The notes beneath the pieces were generated by a model. The model was not told where the DNA came from. It did no database searches and saw only the letters and a list, made by a program, of their open reading frames with translations. Position numbers and translations under genes: made by a program. A DNA stretch of 64,000 bases, taken from the NCBI GenBank assembly GCA_951406725.2, contig OX597833.1, forward strand, positions 30,442,001 to 30,506,000, given 5' to 3'. Positions 1-13,076 of the stretch are shown one piece after another (position 1 is the stretch's first letter; every line of letters begins with the position of its first letter). The stretch is from Octopus vulgaris (taxonomy: Eukaryota).

Positions 1-22
1 GCCGAGCAAGTGGTAATCGAAA

Positions 23-121
23 GAGAGACAGACAGACAGAGTGAGGACGAGAGAGACAGAGAGACAGAGGAAGGCCGAGGGAGGGACAGAAACAGAGTGA
101 GGCGGATAGAGAGAGAGAGAG
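23..121. repeat. (GA)n/(GACA)n purine-rich microsatellite
   Basis: Direct read: agagagacagacagacagag...gagagagagaga. Confidence 0.85.
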
Positions 122-548
122 GGGGTATCAGAGTTAAGGTGGTCAGAACATGAGGGAGAAAAATATTCTTTTGGGATTTGGGTAGCATAATTTAATGAAA
201 CAGCAAATGTTGATAATAGTAAAATAGAATTGAAAAATTTGAGAGTTTTCGGTCAGCCAATATGACAAAATCAGGGAAATAAGTGACTGTGTGATAAACT
301 TGAATGGATGAATGAATGAAAATATGTTGCGGTTAAGGATATGTGTGAACTAAGGTTATCTTAAGACAACAACGAAGAAGACGAAACTATTGAAACTATA
401 TTTACATGTTGACATGGTAATGAAATAGATAGAATAATGAAAAGAACTAATAAGGGGTTTATGATCTGTACTGAAATAGAAGAGTAGATGAACAAGGTTG
501 AAAAGACAAAACTTATCTAAGCATCTTCTGAGATTTGTATACTTTGGC

Positions 549-1620
549 AGAGGAAGGACTGGAAGTGTGATGGTAGCAGGGAACTGTATCAGATGGCCAG
601 AAAAGAGGCTAGAAGACAGGTATATTACAGAGGCATCAAATTGCTTGACCAAGTGATGAAAGTCACAGAAAGGGTCATAGCTCAATTAAGTAGGAAGAGA
701 GTTAGCATAGATGAGATGCAGTTTGGAATTGTGCCAGGTAGGAGCATGACTGACACTATATTCCTGATTAAACAACAGCAGAAGTATTTAGCCAAAAATA
801 AACCTCTGTATCTGGCTTTTGTCAGCATGGAGAAAGCCTTTGACAGGGTCCCCAGCTCCTTTATCTGGTTGTCAATACAGAAGCTAGGGATAGATGAGTG
901 GTTAGTGAGAGCTGTATAAGTCATGTACAGGGATGCTGCCAGTAAAGTGAAGGTTGGCAATGAGTATAGCAATGAATTCAGTGTACAAATAGGAGTTCAC
1001 CAAGGCTCAGTTCTCACCCACCCCCCCATTTATCTTAATCTTCCAGGCCTTAACAGAGATATTCAAGTCCAGCTGTCCTTGGGAGCTCCTCTACACTGAT
1101 GATCTTGTCTTAGAGCTGAATCACTAACTGACATAGAGAAGAAATTTCAGGTGTGGAAGTAAAGCCTAGAATCTAAGGGCCTCAGAGTTAATTTAGCAAA
1201 AACCAAAGTGCTAGTAAGTAGGAAAACAGACAAATCACAAATGCATTCTGGGAGTTGGTCCTGTGTGATATGTACGAAAGATGTTGGTAGAAACTCAGTG
1301 CAAGTTTTGGACACATAAGAGGTGTGGTGGTATAACTGGAAAGTTTACGGAGAATATAGTCTTTGTGTGTGGCAGATATGCAAATACAATAAATCACTAA
1401 AAAGGCAGACAATAGACTCTTTCAAATGCTCAGGGTATCATTAGAAATAGTAGATAGCTTCTGTTACCTAAGAGAACAAGTTAGCAGTGGTGGAGGTAGT
1501 TCTGAAAGTGTAGTTACTAGAATAAGAATGGGCTGGGCAAAGTTCAGAGAGCTTCTACTTTGTTTATAACGAAGGGTGAAATGCAGATGTGTATGGATGA
1601 GGACAGCTGCATAAAGAAGT
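549..1620 (+). mobile_element. Degraded RTE LINE fragment (RT region) with internal deletions
   Basis: ORF 593-919 reads ARKEARRQVY|YRGIKLLDQVMKVTERV...MEKAFDRVP; YTDDL lies near 1092; collinear with the 25.3-28.7 kb copy but with stops and frameshifts. Confidence 0.93.
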
Positions 1621-1626
1621 ATATAA

Positions 1627-1628
<2 letters not shown>

Positions 1629-1681
<53 letters not shown>

Positions 1682-3078
1682 TATACACATAAATGTAATT
1701 CTTGCTGTCTATAACTTATCAAATAAATATAAACACATGAACATACATAAATACTCATACATATAAAACATATATTTATATAAATATTCATACCTACATC
1801 AAAATACATTTACATATAACAACATACATGCAACGAAACAGATATGTACATACACATGTATACATAAAGGCAGTATTCACTTTGGTACATACTGGTATTC
1901 ATATAAACAATGATATGAATACATACATATACCTGCATAATATATACAAAGTAAAAATAATAATCCATAACTGTTTACAAAAGTGCATATGCTTGTATAT
2001 ATATCCTTACAAACTTAGAATCATATATGCTGATACATACACTCAGCAAAGAAGGAATAGCCATCTAAACAAACATGCACTAACATACATGTACATACGC
2101 ATTTTAAACCCCACACCCATGTATAGATATACCTATATACACATAAATAAATATGCACACCCATATATGTATCAATATAAATATACTTATATATACATAC
2201 ACACATACACATAAATGCACATACACATAAATGCACACACACATATCAACATGCATATACATACAAGTATACATGTGAATTTTGTTGTGTCTAAGGAGAG
2301 TCATTATACCAGTATAATTAACACATGCACTGGTTCAATTCCACTCCTTTATTATTAGTCAATTTGTTAAATATCCAACTAATTAATCAATTGTTTAATT
2401 TTTACTAAATAGGAAATGCACATAGAAGATAGGGATACACCAATGTCACAGATATCACCCACAGAGTATACAAACATAGGTACATTCCTAAGTAAGGCAG
2501 TCAAAGAGGTAGGTAGATAGGTAAGTAGATAGGTTTTAGGTGGTTAGGCCAGTTATATAGATTGTTAGTTACTTACTTAATTATGTAGATAAGTAGATAG
2601 GTGGGAAGATAGGCAAGCTAATAGGTAGATAAGTAGGCAAGTAGACAGATAAATATGTAAGTAGGTAGATAAATAGGTAAATAAGTAGGTAGACAGATAT
2701 ATAGATATGTAGGTAGATAGATAGATAGATAAATAGATAGTGAGAGAGAGAGAGATAGGTACATACATAGGTATGTAGGTACATAGGTAATACAGATAGA
2801 CAAGTACATGCACACATGCATAAGTAGACAGAAACGTATGACCATATATATATATATATACACATACACTCCACACACATGCATATACACAGACACATAT
2901 AGGCACACATGCATACACAACAGGCACATGTACATACACAAACTCATACACATAGACACAAACACACACACACACATACATACATACATACACAAACACA
3001 CAAGCATGCTCACACAAACACATGAATATGCAGAATACACTCATACATACATACACAAGCACACATGCCTGCTGGCAT

Positions 3079-3118
<40 letters not shown>
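1629..3118. repeat. Microsatellite-rich tract: (CA)n, (TA)n, (TAGA/TAGG)n, (CATA)n
   Basis: Direct read; explains the spurious CVCV/HTHT/YLST ORFs. Confidence 0.9.
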
Positions 3119-3119
<1 letters not shown>

Positions 3120-3618
3120 CAACAAAATCTCAAACAGACAAACGTGGCTTCTATAAAGGACTAAGTCAATAGTCATTGAAAAGATTGCAAGTAGCAGCAA
3201 AAGTGCTTGACAAATGTGGGGATGAGGAGAACCAGAAGGAAAGGGTCAGTGATGGGCTCTACCAGAAGAGGAAAAGTGAGTGAGGAAGCGGGCAGAAGTA
3301 GGACCAGCATGGGCCTCTTTGGCCTAGAGCAGTGGGAGTGGACAGACATATGTAGATGTGTGAGCTAGAAAGGGAATTAGCCATAGGTTCTAGCGATAGA
3401 TCAGATGAGTAGGGCATGTCTTGGATTTAACCCAGCTGGACAGTCGACACTGAGAGGTAGGTGAATTATATTTTGTTTCTCATATTACAGTTCCCCAAAA
3501 CAAATTAAACAATTATTTAGTTGGATAGTTAACCAATTGACTAATAAAGGAGTGAAACTGAACCAGTGTGTGTGTTAATCATATTGGCATAATGACTCTC
3601 CCTACACACGACAAAATT
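2277..3618. repeat. Inverted repeat pair (~120 bp arms at 2277-2403 and 3500-3618); possible TIRs of a non-autonomous DNA element
   Basis: tttgttgtgtctaaggagagtcattat...caattgtttaatt is the diverged reverse complement of aattaaacaattatttagttgg...aatgactctccctacacacgacaaaa. Confidence 0.7.
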
Positions 3619-5889
3619 TGTTTCAACACACAAATTCACATAAAAAGTCTTGCAAACCAGATACAAACACAAAATAAAATATAAAGTATAGCATAAAATG
3701 CAATGAAAATCTGAAAAGAAAGAAAACCCAATCAAAACTAAATCCCTACAACTGGCCAAAGAGCTAATATTATTGATCAACAAGTATTATATAAGTATGT
3801 TCACTTTATAAGATGCAAGTACCTCACTATGATTTCATCAAATTTGTTTATCAAGTTATCTTTGCAGTACAAAATAGTTGGCAGCTCATTATCGTATAAT
3901 CTGCAAAAACTTCCACCTTCAGTATAAAGCATTGCACTATAGATCAAATGATTAAGTAGTCTTTATGTTGTTGTTTAAGGCTCCAAATTAACTTGGATAG
4001 TGATGTCTAGTTAGCCTTATTTATATAAATTCTAAACTTAAGTAAATGATTATGATGTTGAGCCTTGAAGTAGTACAATGTTGTACCTGTGTAGTTATAT
4101 ACAGTTTGCAAAGCAAGGATCAAGCCCTTACCGACATTTGAATTATTATTATTATCCTCCTCCTCCTCATCATCATCATCATCATCATTAAGTGAGAGAG
4201 CAACACATGCCATCAAAGTGACACTGGGGTATAAATATACGAAACCCAATATACCAATCATAATTACCCGTCTGATAAGGGTACACGAGGCACATGCATC
4301 ACAACCATATGTGTACGACATGGTGATCTTATATCAAGATAAACAGCAGCGCATGATGTTGCAGGTGGGACCCAGTTAGAGTTTTTTTCAGGTTGAGTGA
4401 CCTATCCTGCTCAAAAGCTCCTGTTTAAGGATGATGAACACCCATGTTTCCAAAGGAGAATTATTCAAACCCCAAAGACTTACTCTCAGCACATGGCTAT
4501 GACGCACCCCCACTACTTCTGCTCGTGATCAGAGATGCACATGTCATCAGCCACTAAAGGACATGCTCAACTGGTTAAAGTCAAACAACTGACAAGTAAA
4601 TCTGTGGTATTGAGCAGAATATTTGTTGTAGCCCATTTTTATACCAAGACAAAACAATGTACATGAAATCACTTCCAATCAGTAAAGATCAGAAGCCATG
4701 AGAGCCACTACCTGGTACTGCATCAGGGCATTTATTGTTGTTGTTGGTTGTCGTTGTTGTTGTTGTTGCTGTTGTTGTTATACACATACATACATATATA
4801 CATACATACATACAAACATACATACATATATCATGTGTGTGAGTGTATGTATTTATACATTTCTTAACATTTCATGTACTTGTAATGATATTCTGCAATT
4901 TGTTAACAGGTCTATAGTTCAGAAAATGAAGCGCTCTATTGATACTGTGAACTATAATGGTGAGGAATGTCATCCATCTTTGGAATGTTAAACAGAGAAA
5001 TAATTTAATTTGACATGAGGAACCCTATTATTATTCCCTTAATAAAGATTAGCTAATCTGTAATCAAATTTTCCCCACCAATTCAGTGCCTCAACCTGCT
5101 AAGCAGCCATATTTTCTTCATATCCCACTTGAAATTCTTTGAAAAAGGGGACATCGGATAATCTGTTTAATTAAAACTGGATGACACATTACAACAACAG
5201 TTGCAATTAAATATACAATACCTGAATATGTTCTACATTATATATATAGCAGACAGCCTATAAATGATCATTCAGTCTGCTATAAATATAAGCCAAATTT
5301 GCATGTCACTCACTATCATCTTAATTAGATAATGTTGTCTAGATATATTATATCTAAAGAAAAAAAAGAACAAAAGGATGAAACATTGAAAGTCAGTGAC
5401 AGAATTCTATTGATCATAAGTCAATTTGATAAGTTTTTACTTTAACTACATAATAACAGGATTTCTATCAACTAAACAATGACAATGGAACATATATAAT
5501 TGTTTTATGAAGGATGAGGACCAAGATTAAGAATATGATTGCAATGAAAAAGCATTTTAAACAGATTTTGAATAAAAATTTATGATAAATAAATAGTTTG
5601 CAGAAGGAAGGTTTTACAAGATTTATTGATGCGTCTGTTGTATTAGTTTCTGATGTAAGATAACTTGTATTTCATTAAATTTTAATTATCTTTTATTTGT
5701 TATTTCAGTTTTTTTTTATTTTATTCAATTAATATATAATGCCAAACTTTAAACTTTTAGCATTCAAATTGAAAATGTCTAGTTGTAACTGCTTTATATC
5801 TATATTGTTAAAGAAATTCGTTAAGTATATTCATCAACATAGGACATTTGAACTCAAAGCTCAAGTCACTGTCTTACTCCTAATAGAAG

Positions 5890-6414
5890 TGCTAAGTGAC
5901 AGAAGATGTATGTGACATGCCTGATATTGTTTACACATTAAAAACTGACCATATCTAACATTTACATTATTTAGATTATTTATATTTGACAGAAATTTGT
6001 CCTCATCTTGTTTGTTAACACAATGTTTCAGCTGATATACCCTCAAGCATTCATTAGGTGTCTTGGGGAAATTTCGAACATGGGTTCACATTCCTAAGGT
6101 ATTTTTCGTTGTCATCGTTCAGGTCACTGTCTGGAATTGAACTGATAGGTATCCTTGATCAATTCTGTGAAGTGGGTGGAATTCTTCACAAATGATATTG
6201 ACTTTTCTGCTAATGGACTGATTATATCCACAAGGAAGTGGCTCAGTGGATGACATGCTGAACCTCTACAGCTCACTATAGGATGGTATTCCATTAAGAC
6301 CTTTAATGAGCTGTAGAGGTTCAGCATGTCATCCACTGAGCTACTTCCTTGTGGATATAATCAGTCCATTAGCAGGAAAGTCAACATTGTACATGAAGAA
6401 TTCCACTCACTTCA
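5890..6414 (-). mobile_element. Penelope-like element remnant (RT fragment folded back on itself plus pLTR remnant)
   Basis: Minus strand encodes PIVSCRGSACHPLSHFLVDIISPL...VKNSTHF and plus strand DGIPLRPLMSCRGS..., the PLE RT PLRPIVS motif; a degenerate hammerhead lies at 6018-6061. Confidence 0.8.
6018..6061 (-). ncRNA. Degenerate (probably inactive) minimal hammerhead ribozyme
   Basis: Minus strand ACAC-CUAAUGA-augcuugaggguauaucagcu-GAAAC-AUU-GUGU; stem I ACAC/GUGU is intact but the CUGAUGA core is mutated to CUAAUGA. Confidence 0.55.
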
Positions 6415-8354
6415 TTTGTAAAATTTGGATGAATATTTTAGGAAATATAACAATTTGAATGGCCAGCTGAAATCTTGTCTAGTTGGCTTAAATGAATAAT
6501 TAGCCATATTTGGGATGTCATATTTTTGAAACTGGAGGTGATAATCATCTTTAAATTACACAAATTAATAGTGTCCATGGTATAGCAGTTGCTTATTTTT
6601 TATTTTCAGGTTCTTGGAAAGGAAACTTTTTTTTGGCAATTTCTAAAATATTTATGTAAAGCCTATTTTGTTATGTGTAACAAGCAGTCAATTTTGCTGT
6701 GTTCTCAGACCTAGCTAAATTGAAAAGTACAAGCAACAGGGACTTGAGTTTTGGTACATTTGTAGTAGGTATAAAGATTTTGGGACATGATACCATTTCA
6801 ATAAAAGGACAATAAAAAATGGCTATAAATGGTGGAGCTTCAGATTAGGGTGCATACATAAATTGAATTTTCTGTTTTGACAGTGATTTTTCCATAGATG
6901 CTTTTTATGAAAAGATTTTTGAAAATTTATATTTTCCACCCCCTCCCTTCACCCAATATTTTTGCCCTGTGCACTTAAAAATGATGGGAGAAGCCTTTTT
7001 GGTTAAAAAAAATTTGAAAATATTTTCAAACACGAAGTTGTGTGTTTTAAGGGAAATTTAGCTGTTGTTTCTAGGACATCCCACGATGTCCTTTTCAGTA
7101 TTGCATGTATACCTAGATTTAAAAAAACAAACAAAATCTCAAAACTAGTTCTTTGGTTTAGTTTTAAAAGCACAAATTAAAGACATTAAAATTTTACAGC
7201 AAACTCATTAATAAGAGAGAGAAAAATATCCAAAACAAATATGTAAATTCTACTACAAATTGTCAGACTGCATTCAAAATTAGAAAAAAAAAACATCACA
7301 TCTGACTATAATATTTTACAAAATAATATTCATTGCCTAATATAATTTTTATTGGCAAAATTTGACCAATATTTCTCAACAAAAAAATAAAATTTACATG
7401 TATATCCACAAGTTAAAATTCCACGAGGTAAAATTTAGATGTCATCTCCACTCTTTGTTAAAACAGTGAAAAGGAATAAACAACATTCTCAGTACGATAG
7501 TTCCATGCTTATGTAGATCAATTTAAAGCATTTTTTTGTAGAAATATGCTTATTTAGTAATTTGTTCATCCATTTCTTGAAATTCTGGCTCAAACTTGAT
7601 AATTAAAAACTTGGATTTGTATTCTGTTTGATCTCTCACCATTCGAGAATACATCAGTTTGACAAATAGTGTCAGTATACCGCCCTCTTTACTGACTTTG
7701 CGCCTTTTTGCCATACTGTGGCCAGATTTGGCAATGACCATACTGAATTTGCAAATAATTTTTTTCTTATGATATAAAAATCTTAAAATTTCTAAGAGAA
7801 AATTAACGATAAAATTCTCACTTTTACATTTCATAACAATTATCTGACCTCTCTCCATCGATATCAACACAAAGCAAAAAATAGTTTTCTTCATGACTAT
7901 AATTTTCAACACAAATTGAGTTATAGTGCTCCAGTGAATTGAACAAGAGTAAAGGCCTCTGTTCTACAGTCAAAACACACATACAAAAAAAAATAAATAA
8001 ATAAAGACTGGACACACTTTGTGAATAGGTGGAAATATCAGGCTTGATATGTAAGTGTTGGATTTTGATCATAACTATATGAAAACAAAGTTCACATCCA
8101 GAACTTTCCACAGGGAAAATGTAATGTATTTTGACATGAAAATGATCCACTTTGATCACATTAATGTATCATCCTTACATGTTAATACTTTTTATTAGTT
8201 TGATGTATATTATTGCATCAGTATGTACACTCGTTTGTTTTATACACATTATTACATCAACAATTCCTTGTATTTTTGGAACAGCTTTTTTCAGTAAAAA
8301 CCCTCCTCTTTAGTAAAGGTTCAGCATGGGTAAAAAGAATCTGATCTAGAAGAA

Positions 8355-9920
8355 TTGTCTGATGCATCAATGGGTTCATTTGATATTGCTCAAATGTATG
8401 ATTTAGTAGGTTCCTTTATATTAGATATCTAAGACCTAAGTTCTCTCCCATGATATTGGTCAATATGTGATGATGGATTAGGTATATCCCATAGCTGTGA
8501 TGGCCATACCACAAATACATTTAAGAAAAAACCTAATGAAAAGTTTACATATATATATCAACTGTTTTGCCACCACCCCCACTATCATCTTTAAAAACCT
8601 TGTAGCCAATATTAGTAATAAGATATCTAATTTCTCTCCTTCTAAAGAAATATTTTACAAGGCAGACCCCTACAATACTAATGCTCTGGAACAACCATGA
8701 AAAGAATGAAGCCTAAAAATAAACCTAGGAAGATTGTATGGATCACCACCCGCCTTTTCTCTTCAAATGTTAAGATTAACATAGGTAGAAAATTCCTAGC
8801 TTTGATGGATAAGCATTTCCCTGATTGCAAAAGGTTACAAGAAAATCTTTGATAGATGTTCTGTGAAAGTTTCTTATAGCTGCTGCCTCAACACAGATGC
8901 ATTATTGCATGTAAGACACACCAGGCACCCTCTCCAAACTGTAACTTCAGGAACCCAGTTACTTATCCACTTGACCAGGCATGGTTACGTATTCTTTTAC
9001 TCTTTTACTTGTTTCAGTCATTTGACTGTGGCCATGCTGGAGCACCACCTTTAGTCAAGCAAATCAACCCCAGGACTTATTCTTTGTAAGCCTAGTACTT
9101 ATTCTATCAGTCTCATTTGCCAAACTGCTAAGTTATGGGGATGTAAACACACCAGCATCGGTTGTCAAGCAATGTTGGGGGGACAGACACAGACACACAC
9201 ATATACACACACATGTATATATATACACATATATACGACGGGCTTCTTTCAGTTTCCGTCTACCAAATCCACTCACAAGGCTTTGGTTGGCCCGAGGCTA
9301 TAGTAGAATACACTTGCCCAAGGTGCCACACAGTGGGACTGAACCCGGAACCATGTGGTTGGCAGCCACTTCTGTACCTTCACGTATGCGAAAATGACTT
9401 CAAAAAGAGAGATGCCAACCACTAATTTCCTTTCCAACACATGGACAAGAAGAAAACCACTCAGCTATGTGGCCATATCCAAGACCTGAATGCCAAAAAA
9501 TACCTTACAAGCCATCAAGTTGAGCTTCATAAAGCAAGCTGCATTATACATTAATGGGACAAGGAGGTGCAGGCTTTGCATATCCTGTTCAAATTTAAGA
9601 ACTCTGCTGACTTACTGAAGTGGAGATCAGAAATTTTAACAAATGCTATCAAACTGGAGAGAAGACCACCCTCTCCAGATTCAACACAGACTTACAAAAA
9701 TTAAAACCTTTCCACATCAGATTAACACCGATCATTGTTAATTCCCTTTCTAATGGACCAAAGGAACTCAACTCTTATCTTCCTTTTCTCATTTTTTCCC
9801 TTTTCTTCTCATTCTTTCTTAATTTTTCTCAGAGAGCAAACATGTTTATTTTAAGCCTGAATGATTGCAGAATAACACACAGCCCATCCAATTATCCAAG
9901 CATGAAACTTATAACTCTCA
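8355..9920 (+). mobile_element. Degraded Penelope-like element (RT plus GIY-YIG), interrupted by a SINE
   Basis: Fragments SMGSFDIAQMYDLVGSFIL, DDGL, ISNKISNFSPSKEIFYKADPY, KINIGRKFL..MDKHFP, KVSYSC, ENDFKKR..H and RCRLC match the 16.8-17.6 kb element. Confidence 0.8.
8991..9370 (-). mobile_element. tRNA-derived SINE (CORE-like head, octopus-type tail)
   Basis: Minus strand has B-box-like gggttcagtccc followed by ccttgggcaagtg; related copies at ~14.8-15.3, 29.0-29.9 and 61.8-62.0 kb. Confidence 0.8.
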
Positions 9921-9999
9921 TTTAAATCCTGTGTTTATTAAATGATATTTATCTCACACTGGAGTACGTTTTTTGTTGAGCTTACCAATAGTACTCAAG

Positions 10000-12190
10000 A
10001 GTGACAGACCCAAACTGTGGTTGGAGCAAAGCTTCTACCACACCGAGGGTGACATGGTGGTGGAACAGGAAGGTAGGACTATAAAAGAAAAGAGACAAAA
10101 CTAGAAGAATAGGGGTAGCAAAGAACCATATCAGATATAAAACTAAGCATCAGGTATATCTTGCTATATCTTGGAAAGGAAGATGTTTGCCAGCATGACA
10201 ATCAGAGACTTGAGGTGTTCAGGATTGCCAAACGGTGTGTTAGAGAGAATCAAGATGTTGTACGTCTGGACAGATAATGGTATGCTTGCTCTTAATGATC
10301 CTGAAAAGAAAGAAGCATGGAAGAACTATGAAAGACTATTAAATGTGGAGAATGAATGGGAGAAAGGGAGTCTTCCTCAAATGAACCCAACAGCGGTACC
10401 AGCTATCCTAGTTGACAGCAGCATGATAGATAAGGCAATTAAAGATATGAAGATGAGGAAGGCCCCTGACCCATCAAGATATTTGGTAGAATTTGATACA
10501 GTCTAGTGGCCAGTATAGTTAATTAGGTTATTCAGGAAGGTGTAATCCCTAGTGACTGATCATAATCAGCTGCTAGAAGAGCAAGGGAGATTCCTTAGAT
10601 AGAAGTTACTATAGAGTCATCAAATTGCTGGACCAGGTGATGAAAGTTGCAGAAAGAGTTATAGACCAATTAATTAGGAACAGAATTAAATTAGATGAAA
10701 TGCAGTTCAGCTTGTCTCAGGAAGAAGTACCACTGATGCTATTTTCATAGTCAGGTAATTGCAATAGAAGTATTTAGTAAGAACAAACCATTGTACTTGG
10801 TATTTGTACTCTTGATATGATCCCCGAGGAAGCCAGGGATAGACAAATTGCTACCAAAAGTGATACAGTCCATGTACAGGGATGCTGTTAATAAGTTAAG
10901 AGTTGATCATGAGTACATTGATAAATTTAGTGTACAGGTTGGTGTCCACCAGGGGTTAGTCCTAAGCCCCTTCCTATTCGTCATTGTCCTCCAGGCCATA
11001 ATAGAGGAATTTAAAACTGGAAGCCCATGGGAACTCCCGTATACTGATGATCTTTCCCTCATAGCAGAATTAGAAAAGGTGTGGAAACAGAACCTGGAAT
11101 CTAAGGGTCTTAAAGCAAACTTAGTAAAGACCAAGGTCCTAGTAAGCAAGAAAAATGACACAACCTTTCACCCGTCAGGTAAATGGTCCTGCTCGATATG
11201 TAGCAATGGTGTAGACAGAAATTCCATTTGGTATATCTAGTGCAAGCAATGGACACACAAGAGGTGCAGTGAAAGATTAACAGAGAAAGTAGTGTTTGTA
11301 TGTGGAAGATGCACAGGAGCCATAAAGACAACAGATACATGAGAAACTGATTTCCTTAAATGTCCTGGTGGCTCCCTGGAAGCTGTAGATATTTTTTGTT
11401 ACCTAGGTGACCCAATTAGCAGTGGAGGAGGTCATACAGAAAGTGTAATTACTAGAATATGAATAGGATGGAGAAAGTTCAGAGAGTTTTTACCTCTATC
11501 AGCAACCAAAGGTCTCGCTCTCCAAGTAAAGGGAGGATTGCATGATGCATGTGTACAAACTGTGATACTGTAAATGTGGGCCCTGAATGGAGAGGACATG
11601 CAAAGGCTGGAGAGGAATGAAGCTGGTATGTTCTGCTGGATGTGTGATGTCTGTGCATATGTGACAGAGCACTGGTAAACTGAGGGCAAAGTCAGGCATA
11701 AGAGGATTTATATGCAGTGTGCAAGAGAGGAGGCTGTGCTGGTTTGATCTTGATGCAGGTGAATAAGGGCAGCTGCATAAAGAAATGCCAATTGCTTAAA
11801 GTTGAAGGAAGTTGTGGAAGAAATGGGATGAAGTTTTGAAGGCCAATCTCAAAACACTGAGCCTTATGAAGATGACAGTGGACCGAGCTATGTAGTACAT
11901 TGCTGTACTTGAGAAGATCCACCCACCACAAAAGAATTAAAATCCTAAAACCAAGGTGCCACATAAAAAGCTCTGGTGCTGGTGCCATGTAAAAGCACCT
12001 GTGATGGTGCTACATAAAAAGTACTCAGTACACCCTGTGGAGTGATTGGAGTTAGGAAGGGGATCCAGTCGTAGAAACCAAATCATAACAGACTTTGGAA
12101 CCTAGTGTGTTCCCTGGCTTTACCAGTTCCTGTCAAGCCACTCGATTCATGTCTGCATAGTAAACAGATATTAAATGATGATGATGATAA
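10000..12190 (+). mobile_element. Degraded RTE LINE with 3' tail ending in (GAT)n
   Basis: VGVHQGLVLSPFLF, YTDDL, KTKVLVS and WSCSICS motifs; tail gttaggaagg..atccag..ttaaatgatgatg. Confidence 0.92.
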
Positions 12191-12589
12191 TGGTGAAAGT
12201 TTATTAAAATAAATTTCATTTTCGAAATTAATAGAATCTACTGACATAATTTAATTTTTTATGAGTACCTGTTTTCAAACTGATGACTGTTTTAGTCCAG
12301 GCATTGCTGATAACATCAAAAAATATATTTGGTATTTGTGTGTAGTCTCATTCAATGGATGCCCACAGTTTGTACCATAAACTGTATCTTTTAAGTGTCC
12401 ACATCACAGAAGTACAGTGGTATGGTGTCTGGTAAATGTGGAGGGTATTCTACTAAACCATTTTGTCCATCTTTGTATATTCTGCTTATTTGACAGAATC
12501 ATCTAGTCAAAGTAGGCCCTTACTATCTTGCTGGAAATAAAACTTCACACTTGCAAATTCCTCTTCATCACAGAGAGATTAAAATTCAT

Positions 12590-13076
12590 TCTTCAAAATT
12601 ACTTCATTTCCAAGGGAAACACCTATCAACAAATATTTGGGACTGCAACAAATATTTGGGACTGCCCTAACATATGCCAACTTAGTCATGGCATACAGTG
12701 AAGTTTAGCTGCATAAAAAACGAAGGGATTGTACAGTGTCAACTTCTAAAAATAACCAGTGGAAAATAGGAAATGATACTTAGATGATTGCCCCATTCTG
12801 TGGACATAAAATCTCAATCAACTCAATGGTTTCAAATTCATACCCATTAGCATCAGGAACTGTATTCACTACATAATGTAATATAGCCAAAACCAATTAT
12901 CCTTCCTAGATATTTTTGATCATAAAGAATATCACAAACACAGAAACTGACATCCACTACAAACCAACAAACTCTGAACCTACTATTTACTTCATAGCAC
13001 CCAAAACATAACAAAACAAATATTCCATTTAACCTAGCTAGAAAAATTTGCACAAATGTTTTCAATCCTGAAATTC
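12590..13076 (+). mobile_element. Penelope-like RT fragment (different family from 16.8 kb)
   Basis: YQQIFGTA, TYANLVMAY, YLDDC, LSFLDI, TDIHYKPTNS and NIPFNLARKIC motifs; a ~20-bp tandem duplication at ~12628-12665. Confidence 0.8.

Noticed and set aside
1095-1105. CTGATGA hits in RTE copies (also ~37007, 44036, 49006) as hammerhead cores
   Set aside because: These are the (A/T/S)DD codons of the RT active site, with no GAAA or stems.
1464-3200. Long ORFs rich in CV/HT/YLST repeats
   Set aside because: Translations of (CA)n, (TA)n and (TAGA)n microsatellites, with no coding signal.
4187-4733. GC-richer block between trinucleotide runs, probably a dispersed repeat
   Set aside because: No second copy in the window and no diagnostic motif, so it cannot be classified.
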